64,000 nt of DNA from an uncultured Candidatus Poseidoniales archaeon (lineage in GTDB: Archaea; Thermoplasmatota; Poseidoniia; Poseidoniales; Thalassarchaeaceae): positions 19,812-83,811 of the forward strand of contig CAWVXH010000004.1 of assembly GCA_963934165.1 (NCBI GenBank). Reading direction: 5' to 3'. The translations under genes were made by a program, and so were the position numbers. Below are positions 45,359-54,505 of the stretch, in pieces; the first letter of the stretch is position 1; every line of letters begins with the position of its first letter. Under the pieces are notes generated by a model, which ran no database searches, was not told the DNA's origin, and saw nothing but the letters and a program-made list of their open reading frames with translations.

Positions 45359-46498
45359 GTTAAATGGCATATCGATCATTCTTTGAGATTGATCATCTTC
45401 ACTTGATTCCTCATCTACATCTATGGACTCATTTTCAATTTGTTTTAAAGAATCCTCGAGCTGTGGGATATCGAAGAGGTCATCATCTTCATTTTTATCT
45501 TTTGGAGCAGGTAGAGAATGGCCAGATAAATTTTCCAATTCCTTGTCTTTTATTTTCATCCAAGGGGACAGGCCATTCGATCCACCAAGGACACTAATTG
45601 TAGTAAAAGTCGCCATAGGTAGCACAGAAATGGCAACGAGGAAATCAATGATTGCGGTTGGCGGAATTTCAGCTTCTGGTGCGACTAAATTGAGGATAAT
45701 TCCCTCCAATTGAATATCGTGCCAGTGGTTTATGTCTATACTTAGCCAATTGAGAGATGCTGCGAGTACTAGACGAGCAATCCCCCAAAAAATTATCACA
45801 GGTAAAATCCAAGAAATTTTTGTTATTCGCCATAGAATTTTACGGAATAATGCTGCGATTCTAACCAAGCGGGTGGAAATAATTGGCTGAATTCTAAACG
45901 AAAGCCAAAGAGCGATGAGATATCCAATCATCCCAAGTTCAAATGCCGAATTTGGTTGTATGTATTCATTTGGAATTCCTTCCATAATCAATATAGGGAT
46001 TGAGATGAGAATAACCTGAGAAGGTACTGCGAGCAATTGCAATCCTCCATGGACTGCGATAAGGTCATTATCATTTTTCCCAACATGCTCGTTGACCATT
46101 CTAGCCATTCTGCCATATGGGCTTGAATAGGCTGCCATACGAGAGATGTCAATCAATTCAGGGTCATATTTTCTCTGACTTAATCCAAGGGTTGCTGCCC
46201 ATCCTCCTCTCTCTACAACTGAATTTGGTCGATAGCCGCCAATCACTAATGCGAGCAAGAGGGACACAGTTCCATACACCAATCCAGCAATCAAAATCCA
46301 GTGAAATAATTCAGTTCGAATTGCAATAGTGAAATTTTCTCTATCGATGTCAATAAGGTATGTCAATGAGAAGCCGATAATAGGTACGAGTGTAACTTGA
46401 ACAAGTAAAATCAAGCTTAATCCAATACGATGGGTTAGATTACTCCGCCCCTCCATGATGGTTACGCCACTAGATGCATCCATAAGTCCTTCATCCAT
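45344..46498 (-). CDS. Hypothetical polytopic membrane protein with acidic C-terminal tail
   Basis: 384-aa ORF with many hydrophobic segments and a C-terminal tail DKNEDDDLFDIPQLEDSLKQIENESIDVDEESSEDDQ. Confidence 0.5.
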   Translation of the reverse strand: MDEGLMDASSGVTIMEGRSNLTHRIGLSLILLVQVTLVPIIGFSLTYLIDIDRENFTIAIRTELFHWILIAGLVYGTVSLLLALVIGGYRPNSVVERGGWAATLGLSQRKYDPELIDISRMAAYSSPYGRMARMVNEHVGKNDNDLIAVHGGLQLLAVPSQVILISIPILIMEGIPNEYIQPNSAFELGMIGYLIALWLSFRIQPIISTRLVRIAALFRKILWRITKISWILPVIIFWGIARLVLAASLNWLSIDINHWHDIQLEGIILNLVAPEAEIPPTAIIDFLVAISVLPMATFTTISVLGGSNGLSPWMKIKDKELENLSGHSLPAPKDKNEDDDLFDIPQLEDSLKQIENESIDVDEESSEDDQSQRMIDMPFNLFDD

Positions 46499-46612
46499 AT
46501 CCTTGACAAATATGTGAGTTATTCAATCTTGTATTAGAATTCAAATAGGTTTCATTCGCCAACAGGGCGGCAAACGAACTCCCCCAATCTTCATACACAG
46601 ATTGAAGACCCA

Positions 46613-49600
46613 ATGGGATTGTTAGTCATGCGTAGTCTGTCACCAATGTTTGTATTATCTCTAATGCTTTTGATGAGTCTTTCTCCAATGCTACTCCAAT
46701 CTGACCTTGGGGAAAGGCCAGAAGAAAGTTCTGCAGTACCAAAAGCCCTAATTGACTTTGAAGTGACTTCAATTGAGATAGGAAATGCATCTCGCGACGC
46801 AAAAACCTGGCTTCAACCAGATGGCTCAGAACAAGAATACGTCATGAGAGACGAGACGATTCAAATCAATGTTACTTTTACTCAAGCCGGCTCATCTGGT
46901 CAGCCTGCTGCTGCTGAAGGATTTTTACAGATTTGGCATCCAGTCGGATTTCTGATTGTAGAGTTCAATGTCAGCATGATTTTGTCAGGTTTCCAGTCTT
47001 CCAAAGAAGAATTTATCTGGACTCCAACAGCAGCTCATAGCGCTCTTGATGAAAATGGGTTTTTAGTTGGAGGTATTGAACTTAAAGGAATCATTGACGG
47101 TGGATTAGGTGATGATAATGAAGTGAATAATAACCTGCTCCGCAACATTCCAGTAGCGCTATGGCATGACCCAATGGAGAATGGATTTTGCGGTGATGTT
47201 GATAATGATCAAATCGTTGATTGCCCAAACCAATTACAATCTAATATCCCAACCTGGGTAGGTGCTGGTTATGATCCGGATGATTCACTCTCGTCAGACC
47301 CTGATAATTTCGGACACTGGCGTATGGATAACTCAGAAAGTGCTGAAGGTTCCCTTCATTGGCGAGTCTCGCGGTCTGGTTCTGATTATGGAAGTAATCG
47401 CCACGACCGCTTGTGGTGGGGTTGGTTCACCCCATTCCAGAGTTGCGAAGATCCAGGGCATGGCCTAGGATATGGGACTCTTGACCCAGCGGTGACCAGT
47501 TCATACGGTAATAATTTCTGCAAGATTAGAATACGTGGGTTCGATTTCTTATCGATGCATTTGGTTACCAATGCTTGGGGTGAGATGGCAGCCGGCGACC
47601 AAATTCGCCTCGAAGCCGATGCCGGCCCTGAAGAATATTACAATTACACGTCTCAGTCATTATCTACCACTTCAGGCGATTGGACACAATTGGTTTGGGA
47701 TATGACTGGTATGCATCCGTCTGCTGATTTTACGATGGCTTTCTTATTCGATTCGAATAGTTCCTATGCGAGTCAGGGAATCCATCTTGACTCATTCTTA
47801 CTTTTCGGGATAGAAAAGGTACCCGAATACACTCTTGACGTAGATTGTGATGATCCATTGCCCAATTCTTACATGGTTATTCCAGCTGATTCTGCTCCTC
47901 CTTCCCTTCATTGCACGATAAAAAATAATGGATATATCGATATCACACTGCGACTTTATACCGAGGTAACAAATCAATCTTGGATGTGGGGATTCCCACT
48001 GAGGATAGATTCGAACAACAATGTTGACCACGATAATTTTGTTGTTACAAAGGTCATTCATGCATTGGAGACGATGGAGACTTGGTTCAATTTGAGTATA
48101 CCTGATGGTGCTGGAGTACAAGATTTGGATTGGGATGTTTGGGTTAATGACGGTGTGACAAATTTGACAAAAAATTACATGCGCTTCCCGGTTTCCGTCA
48201 TGGCTTCGTATTCGTGTAAATTGCAGCAGGAATCTCTTCAAAATCCCGCCGCGACCTTATATCCCGGAGAAAGCGGAGTCGTGCCGATGATTTTGAAAAA
48301 CACTGGGAATCAATTAGCAACATGGAATTTAGGCGTCTCATTCCCCAATCAAGATTGGACAAATGATGCTGGGATTGAATGGCAGTTAAATGGCTCTGAG
48401 ATAACTCAAACCGAGTTGTCGATAATCGACGAAATAGCGATTGATGCAATTATTACCGTGCCAGATAGAGTTGAACCTGGTACTTACGAAATCACGTTGT
48501 TATCGAGCGGACAATCTCCTGCACAGTATCAAGCTGAATGGCTTATTTACATCGTCGTTCCAGTTTACTACGAACTTGATATTGAATCAGAAGTCAACAA
48601 TATGGTGGCGCCTGCTGATGATGCGTTACGATTGATTGAATTCAGATTAATCAATCATGGCAATGCTGAGGAAGCTTTCGATCTAAGTATTATCTCTGAT
48701 TGGCATCTTGATATCTCGATGAATACCGAGCAAACTTTCGAAATCGATCCATTCGGTGGAGATGTAACGGTCACGATGTTGTTGCCGATGCCTTATGGAA
48801 TTGTGAATGAAACTTATTCCATCACTTTAGTTGCAACCAGTAAAACCAATCCCGATTATCAGGCAAGTAAGAAAATTTTCTTGACCGTCCCTGAGACTTA
48901 TCTCGTCGAGGTCGAAGATATTGATATGCTCAATGAAGTCTTCCGCGGAGGTGATGATTCGAGGACAGTTAATTGGCGAATTTGGAATCGAGGAAATACA
49001 GTAGATTCCTTCCGAATCTCCTTTGATCACCTATCTGATGTATCGGTGAGTGACGTCGGATTGAACAACGGAATAACTCCCTATGTTGCCCCGGGGGAAT
49101 CATTCAATCTGACAGTTCGCTATTCCTTTGGCGATTTGGCATTTGGAGATCGGGTCATCGAATTAACTGCTACTAGTATCAATGCTGAATCTGCCGGTCA
49201 ATCTTCCTTCAACACTGGCGAAGCCGTTTTCCAAGTTGGGACGCAGGGTTGGATTAAACTACAACCACCAGCGCCATTGGTCATCGTTGAGAAAGGATAT
49301 GAAATTGAGCTTGTTTTTACAGTAACAAATAACCATCCTACCGATGCACAGTTGTTACGTACTGATATTGAGCGAGACTCTCCAATTTTCAATAATATCA
49401 TCGACGCTAGAGTCGACACAGGAGATCAGACATTTGTCCTAGATGCACAGGATTCCCGAACGATCACGGTTTTCTTGACTGTTACCGATGATAATTTGAA
49501 GTCGCTTTCTGAAAATGAAATGACATTTGAATTGATTTTAGAAGTCGATGGTGATATCGACAAGGTGTCAAGTTCAGCGACGGTAAGAATGCACAAAATT

Positions 49601-50215
49601 TCCCCGATAGAAGAAGGACCCAACAAGGGTTTCATCGCTCAAGTTGCGGGTAATATTCTGTTCATTCTTATCGGCCTCGGAGTGATAATTGGGGTAATGA
49701 TAGCCGCATTCGGAATTATGAAAACAGCTTCGAACCCTCTTGAGGTAGAATCCTCATTTGGTGATTATGAATTGACCGTAGGTGGGGCACCGTCGTTCGA
49801 TGGTATCCCAGAAGCACCTGAATTACCATCTGCAGATTCTGTTGCGAACTCAATGTTTGGTGGAACTCAAGATATGTTTGAGCAACCTGCCCCTCCACCA
49901 ATGCCAGATCCATCAGAAATGCCAATGCCTGAATCAATGCCTGAACCGGAGCAACCTGCTATGACGGAACCCGAGTCTCCGCCAACACCTGAGCCTGTTC
50001 CAATTTTGGAACCAAAAGTGGAAGAAATAGTAGATTCAACTGAAATTAAGGATGAAATTGAATTGGAAGAAGAACCAGTTGTGGAAGATTCTACGGAGCC
50101 TGAATTACCAGCCGGGGTACCACCTATTCCAGATGAAGGTCTTCCACCAGGATGGTCTATTGAGCAATGGGTTCACTATGGTCAGCAGTGGGTTGACCAG
50201 CAAAATCAACAATGA
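46613..50215 (+). CDS. Giant (1200 aa) acidic cell-surface protein with CARDB-like repeats, C-terminal TM anchor and Pro/Glu-rich tail
   Basis: Signal peptide, recurrent x-N-x-G-N/Y beta-sandwich signatures (KNNGYIDITL, KNTGNQLATWNL, INHGNAEEAFDL, WNRGNTVDSFRI), TM segment ILFILIGLGVIIGVMIAAFGI, then PAPPPMPDPSEMPMPESMPEPEQPAMTEPESPPTPEP. Confidence 0.65.
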   Translation: MGLLVMRSLSPMFVLSLMLLMSLSPMLLQSDLGERPEESSAVPKALIDFEVTSIEIGNASRDAKTWLQPDGSEQEYVMRDETIQINVTFTQAGSSGQPAAAEGFLQIWHPVGFLIVEFNVSMILSGFQSSKEEFIWTPTAAHSALDENGFLVGGIELKGIIDGGLGDDNEVNNNLLRNIPVALWHDPMENGFCGDVDNDQIVDCPNQLQSNIPTWVGAGYDPDDSLSSDPDNFGHWRMDNSESAEGSLHWRVSRSGSDYGSNRHDRLWWGWFTPFQSCEDPGHGLGYGTLDPAVTSSYGNNFCKIRIRGFDFLSMHLVTNAWGEMAAGDQIRLEADAGPEEYYNYTSQSLSTTSGDWTQLVWDMTGMHPSADFTMAFLFDSNSSYASQGIHLDSFLLFGIEKVPEYTLDVDCDDPLPNSYMVIPADSAPPSLHCTIKNNGYIDITLRLYTEVTNQSWMWGFPLRIDSNNNVDHDNFVVTKVIHALETMETWFNLSIPDGAGVQDLDWDVWVNDGVTNLTKNYMRFPVSVMASYSCKLQQESLQNPAATLYPGESGVVPMILKNTGNQLATWNLGVSFPNQDWTNDAGIEWQLNGSEITQTELSIIDEIAIDAIITVPDRVEPGTYEITLLSSGQSPAQYQAEWLIYIVVPVYYELDIESEVNNMVAPADDALRLIEFRLINHGNAEEAFDLSIISDWHLDISMNTEQTFEIDPFGGDVTVTMLLPMPYGIVNETYSITLVATSKTNPDYQASKKIFLTVPETYLVEVEDIDMLNEVFRGGDDSRTVNWRIWNRGNTVDSFRISFDHLSDVSVSDVGLNNGITPYVAPGESFNLTVRYSFGDLAFGDRVIELTATSINAESAGQSSFNTGEAVFQVGTQGWIKLQPPAPLVIVEKGYEIELVFTVTNNHPTDAQLLRTDIERDSPIFNNIIDARVDTGDQTFVLDAQDSRTITVFLTVTDDNLKSLSENEMTFELILEVDGDIDKVSSSATVRMHKISPIEEGPNKGFIAQVAGNILFILIGLGVIIGVMIAAFGIMKTASNPLEVESSFGDYELTVGGAPSFDGIPEAPELPSADSVANSMFGGTQDMFEQPAPPPMPDPSEMPMPESMPEPEQPAMTEPESPPTPEPVPILEPKVEEIVDSTEIKDEIELEEEPVVEDSTEPELPAGVPPIPDEGLPPGWSIEQWVHYGQQWVDQQNQQ

Positions 50216-50301
50216 TTTGGCAGTTCTAATTCTTATTTTCATGTGCGAGTCCTTATGAAACCCCCTTTGGTGGGCGAATCCCGAGTGAAGAGTGATTTCC
50301 T

Positions 50302-51912
50302 ATGTACAACGGCCAACAACCAATTTTCATTATGAAAGAAGGCACTGAAAGAACTAGCGGTAGATCTGCTCAAAGTAATAATATCGCAGCAGCCAAAGCT
50401 GTTGCTGATGCGGTACGCTCAACACTCGGTCCAAAAGGTATGGACAAAATGCTTGTAGACAGTATGGGTGATGTTGTTATTACCAATGATGGTGCAACTA
50501 TACTCAAGCAGATGGATATTACCAACCCCGCAGCGAAGATGATTATCGAGGTTGCAAAAACACAGGAACAGCATTGTTACGATGGGACGACTAGCGCGGT
50601 TGTAATCGCTGGTGAACTTTTGAAGCGAAGCGAGGATTTAATCGAACAAAATGTTCATCCAACTGTAATTTGTGATGGGTTTAGACTTGCAGCGCAAAAA
50701 GCTAGCGAATTAATCGAAAATCATTCGAACGACGTTTCAGAAGAGATTCTAACTGAGGTCGCAAAAACAGCACTCACGGGTAAAAGTGCAGGGGCAGTCA
50801 AAGAATTCCTTGCAGATATTTCTGTTCGGGCAGTACTTTCAGTTTCCCAAGAAGATGGGGATGAAATAATCGTCGATCTTGATGATATTAAAGTCGAGAA
50901 AAAGCAGGGTGGCTCTATCGGAAGCAGCACTTTGGTCGATGGAATTATTCTCGATAAGGAGCGAGTTCATTCAGGGATGCCTCGCTCAGTATCTGATGCG
51001 AAAATTGCATTGATTAACTCTGCAATCGAGGTTAAGAAAACCGAAATCGATGCTAAAATTCAGATTACCGATCCTAAAATGTTGTCACAATTCCTCGACG
51101 AGGAAGAAGCATATCTGAAATCCCTTGTCGATAAAATTCAATCAGCGGGTGCGAATGTATTGATTTGCCAGAAGGGTATCGATGATTTGGCACAACACTA
51201 TATGGCAAAGGCTGGAATCTTTGCTCTTCGTCGAGCAAAGAAGAGCGATATGGAAGCGCTTTCGAAGGCAACTGGAGGGAAAATCATCACTAATGTTGAT
51301 GATCTTTCGTCTACAGACCTAGGTCTAGCTGCTAAGGTCGATGAAAGAAAAATCGGTGAATCGGATATGGTTTTCGTCACCGGTTGCCCTCAGGCAAAAT
51401 CTGTCTCCGTTCTACTTCGTGGTGGCACCGAGCATGTCATCGATGAAATCGAGCGCGCTTTCGAAGACGCCATTGGCGTTGTCGCCGTGGCTCACGAAGA
51501 TAAGGCAGTCCTAACTGGTGGTGGCTCAGTCCTCGCTGCGATTAGCCGTGATCTCCGTGCATATGCTGAGGGAATCGGCGGTCGTGAACAAATGGCGATC
51601 GAAGCATTCTCTGGAGCACTCGAAGTTATTCCCAGAACCCTCGCAGAGAATGCTGGTTTAGATCCGGTTAACACGATTATTGATTTGCGTAAAGCTCACT
51701 CAGAAGGTAAATCGAATTTTGGAGTTAATGTATATGATGGTGGAGTCGCCGATATGTCCGCAGCAAACGTATTCGAACCAAGCCGTGTAGTTGAGCAAGC
51801 GATTCAATCCGCAACTGAAACTGCGGTGATGATTCTGCGGATTGACGATGTAATTTCGAGCCGCGCTAGCAGTCCTATGGATGGTGGCGATTTCGATGGC
51901 TTCGATATGTGA
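50302..51912 (+). CDS. ths: Thermosome subunit (group II chaperonin)
   Basis: [27 protein letters not shown], and a C-terminal acidic tail. 536 aa. Confidence 0.95.
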   Translation: MYNGQQPIFIMKEGTERTSGRSAQSNNIAAAKAVADAVRSTLGPKGMDKMLVDSMGDVVITNDGATILKQMDITNPAAKMIIEVAKTQEQHCYDGTTSAVVIAGELLKRSEDLIEQNVHPTVICDGFRLAAQKASELIENHSNDVSEEILTEVAKTALTGKSAGAVKEFLADISVRAVLSVSQEDGDEIIVDLDDIKVEKKQGGSIGSSTLVDGIILDKERVHSGMPRSVSDAKIALINSAIEVKKTEIDAKIQITDPKMLSQFLDEEEAYLKSLVDKIQSAGANVLICQKGIDDLAQHYMAKAGIFALRRAKKSDMEALSKATGGKIITNVDDLSSTDLGLAAKVDERKIGESDMVFVTGCPQAKSVSVLLRGGTEHVIDEIERAFEDAIGVVAVAHEDKAVLTGGGSVLAAISRDLRAYAEGIGGREQMAIEAFSGALEVIPRTLAENAGLDPVNTIIDLRKAHSEGKSNFGVNVYDGGVADMSAANVFEPSRVVEQAIQSATETAVMILRIDDVISSRASSPMDGGDFDGFDM

Positions 51913-52013
51913 GATGGGCTTAATTAGCAAGTTCCTTTCTATTGCTTTGCACGCTACATTCAATAATCGACCGTAGGTCGAAACAATTGTCCACTGGGCT
52001 GATTGGTGTCAAT

Positions 52014-53645
52014 ATGTCTGCAGACCGTTCACTCCTCGTTCTTTTTGGTTCTCAATCTGGAAATGCAGAGGACATGGCAGACCAGATTGGTAAAGCTGCT
52101 TCAAAGTATAATTTGGAAGCAACTGTCAAGGGTATGGATGAGGTCAAAATAGCAGATTTGACAAATTATTCGAGAATTCTCATCACCTGTAGCACATGGG
52201 GTGAGGGAGAGCAACCAGACAATGCTGAAGACTTGTGGCTAGATGCTGAAGCAGATGATTCCCCGTCAATGGCCAAATGTAATTTCTCTGTACTTGCTTT
52301 GGGTGATTCATCTTACGAGTTTTATTGTGAATCCGGAAAACAATGGGATGGCTGGCTCGAATCAAAGGGTGCAACAAGAGTATATCAGCGAGTTGATTGC
52401 GATGTGGAATACGAAGAACCCGCTGCATCTTGGCTAACTGAAGCATTAGCATGTATGGGGGCAGTCGATGATGCTGGAGTTTTCCAAGCCGCAGAAGTAG
52501 ATGCGATGAAGAATGCAGCTTCTGGTAGTTCTAGCGCCTCTATTTCATCCGCGACTGAATCTGCCATCCCTGCTGTCGAACTCTCAACTGACCCTGATTT
52601 AAAATCTGAATCCATGCAGGTTGAGGTCAGCATATTCCGATACGACCCAACTACTTCGTCAACTGGCAAGGACACATGGGTTTGTGCATTCCCTGGCTAT
52701 ATTTCTGCCCTTGAAATGCTTCGGACTTTGAAAAATACTCAAGATGGTTCTCTGACATTCCGCGATGGGACTGCCGATGATCCATCGACGGCAATTTCCA
52801 TTAACGGCCGCTATATCCTTCCAGGGAATTGCCGAATCGACTCTCTCGCACCAATCAGAAATGGTGGAATTCGAATTCGAATAGAACCGCTTCCTGGATT
52901 CGAAGTAATCAGAGATTTAGTCGTCGATACATGGCCTCTCGAGCAAAACCGAGAAATTTCTGAACCATGGATGGTCGCAGCTACTCGAACCGGTGCAAAT
53001 ACCCCACAAGGTCCAATCGGAACTATGGATTCGCAAATTGCAGACAAACTCCATTCAATATCATCTTTCCACAGCGCAGAAATTTTGCATGCTTCTTCCG
53101 ATGCCACACCCCATTCTAACACATATCTTGGTCCTTCAGTAGTTCTACAATCTTGGGCTCGCCTCAATGACCCAAGATCCTCTGCATCAAAGAGAGCAGC
53201 TCTACAAATGGTTCTCGACGGAGAAGGTGGAATCAAATCGGAAACAGATTTAGCATCGATTCGCCGTCAAGGTAAAACTACGATAATTCACGATTCTCTT
53301 CTCGAATGTAAGATTGCTACGCTATCTCGTGATGGTTATGGTGGTCGACACGGTAAGCATGTTTGGTGGTATACACTTTCAGTAAAGAGCAGTGGGCGCG
53401 TGAATGATACGATGATTTTCAGACAAGTTCTCGGACCAATCGGCTTGATGGGAAATTTATTCTCTGGCGTTACAGCAAGAATGGCTCTCGGATTTACTCG
53501 AACTGGAGGCTCTATGTTTTACGATATGTTAGCACTTGTCGCTCCACCTGCTGGTTTAGGGAAAATGCCAAAACAATTCAATGCTTCAGTCGATAAACAT
53601 CACGAGGTTGTCGCAATATTCAATGAGATGGATGGTCGATTTTGA
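52014..53645 (+). CDS. Flavodoxin domain fused to an SdhB/FrdB-like protein that lacks the Fe-S cysteine ligands
   Basis: Flavodoxin region: LLVLFGSQSGNAEDMA, CSTWGEGEQPDNAEDLW, VLALGDSSYEFYC. SdhB-like region: SIFRYDP, GSLTFRDG, IEPLPGFEVIRDLVVD, YLGPSVVLQSWARLNDPRS. Start chosen at ATG 52014. The maximal ORF starts at 51942. Confidence 0.65.
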   Translation: MSADRSLLVLFGSQSGNAEDMADQIGKAASKYNLEATVKGMDEVKIADLTNYSRILITCSTWGEGEQPDNAEDLWLDAEADDSPSMAKCNFSVLALGDSSYEFYCESGKQWDGWLESKGATRVYQRVDCDVEYEEPAASWLTEALACMGAVDDAGVFQAAEVDAMKNAASGSSSASISSATESAIPAVELSTDPDLKSESMQVEVSIFRYDPTTSSTGKDTWVCAFPGYISALEMLRTLKNTQDGSLTFRDGTADDPSTAISINGRYILPGNCRIDSLAPIRNGGIRIRIEPLPGFEVIRDLVVDTWPLEQNREISEPWMVAATRTGANTPQGPIGTMDSQIADKLHSISSFHSAEILHASSDATPHSNTYLGPSVVLQSWARLNDPRSSASKRAALQMVLDGEGGIKSETDLASIRRQGKTTIIHDSLLECKIATLSRDGYGGRHGKHVWWYTLSVKSSGRVNDTMIFRQVLGPIGLMGNLFSGVTARMALGFTRTGGSMFYDMLALVAPPAGLGKMPKQFNASVDKHHEVVAIFNEMDGRF

Positions 53646-54505
53646 TGGTTCTGAAATACGCTTACCACCCTGGTAATGTAGCACACTCCGGGTCACCAGA
53701 AATTAATGAAACAATGATGCCACTGGCTCACACTCTTGGGATTAAACTGACTCCTCTCGATGGAGCTACAAGCTGTGGTGCTGGAATTATTCGCCAAGCA
53801 AACCACCGCTTGCAACTCGCGCTGAATGCGCGTATCTTCGCTCAAGCTGAGGCACTTGGATTAGAAATTATGACTCCATGTGCCGCAACAGCGGGGAATT
53901 TGTCAGAAGATTTGGCGACACTGCGATCCAATCCAATTCTTCTTGAAGAAATAAATGAGATTTTACAACAAACTAGTGGTTTGACTTTTAGTGGAGGCAC
54001 TGAAGTCCACCATTTATTGCACGTTATCGTCGATGAATTCGGTTTGGATAAGTTGAGTAATTTTGTAAAAAACCGAGTTGATTTTTCGATCGCTGGTTAT
54101 TATGGCCCAAATATGCAGCAATCTGGGGCATGCGGGGGGGATGATGTCTTCGATCCAAATTATTTTGAGCAACTAATCTCTGCTCTCGGTGGTACTCCAG
54201 TAGAATGGGAAAGCAGAACCCAGAGTGTTGGTGTCCCCGGTTTATTTTCTGAAGAATTAACGGTTCTTCGCCAAGCGGCCGCAGTTCTTTCTGATGCTCG
54301 TTCTGAAGGTGCTGATATGATAGTCAGCGCATGTAATCTTTCTCACTCAATACTCGATATCTATCAAGGAAAGGCTAGCCGAGTAACTGGAATTCAAACC
54401 AAAATCCCAGTTGCTCACCTTTGTGAAATTCTTTCATTTGCACTAGGCCATCACACGGATAGATTCGCGCAACTACGTACCAGAATTGCAGTTATTGGCG
54501 ATTGA
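53645..54505 (+). CDS. HdrB/SdhE/GlpC-like CCG-domain protein with degenerate cysteine motifs
   Basis: YAYHPGN...SCGAGII...RIFAQAEALGLEIMTPCAATAGN, then YYGPN...SVGVPG...GADMIVSACNLSH follows the two-CCG-domain layout. The ATG overlaps the upstream TGA (TGATG). Confidence 0.6.
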   Translation: MVLKYAYHPGNVAHSGSPEINETMMPLAHTLGIKLTPLDGATSCGAGIIRQANHRLQLALNARIFAQAEALGLEIMTPCAATAGNLSEDLATLRSNPILLEEINEILQQTSGLTFSGGTEVHHLLHVIVDEFGLDKLSNFVKNRVDFSIAGYYGPNMQQSGACGGDDVFDPNYFEQLISALGGTPVEWESRTQSVGVPGLFSEELTVLRQAAAVLSDARSEGADMIVSACNLSHSILDIYQGKASRVTGIQTKIPVAHLCEILSFALGHHTDRFAQLRTRIAVIGD

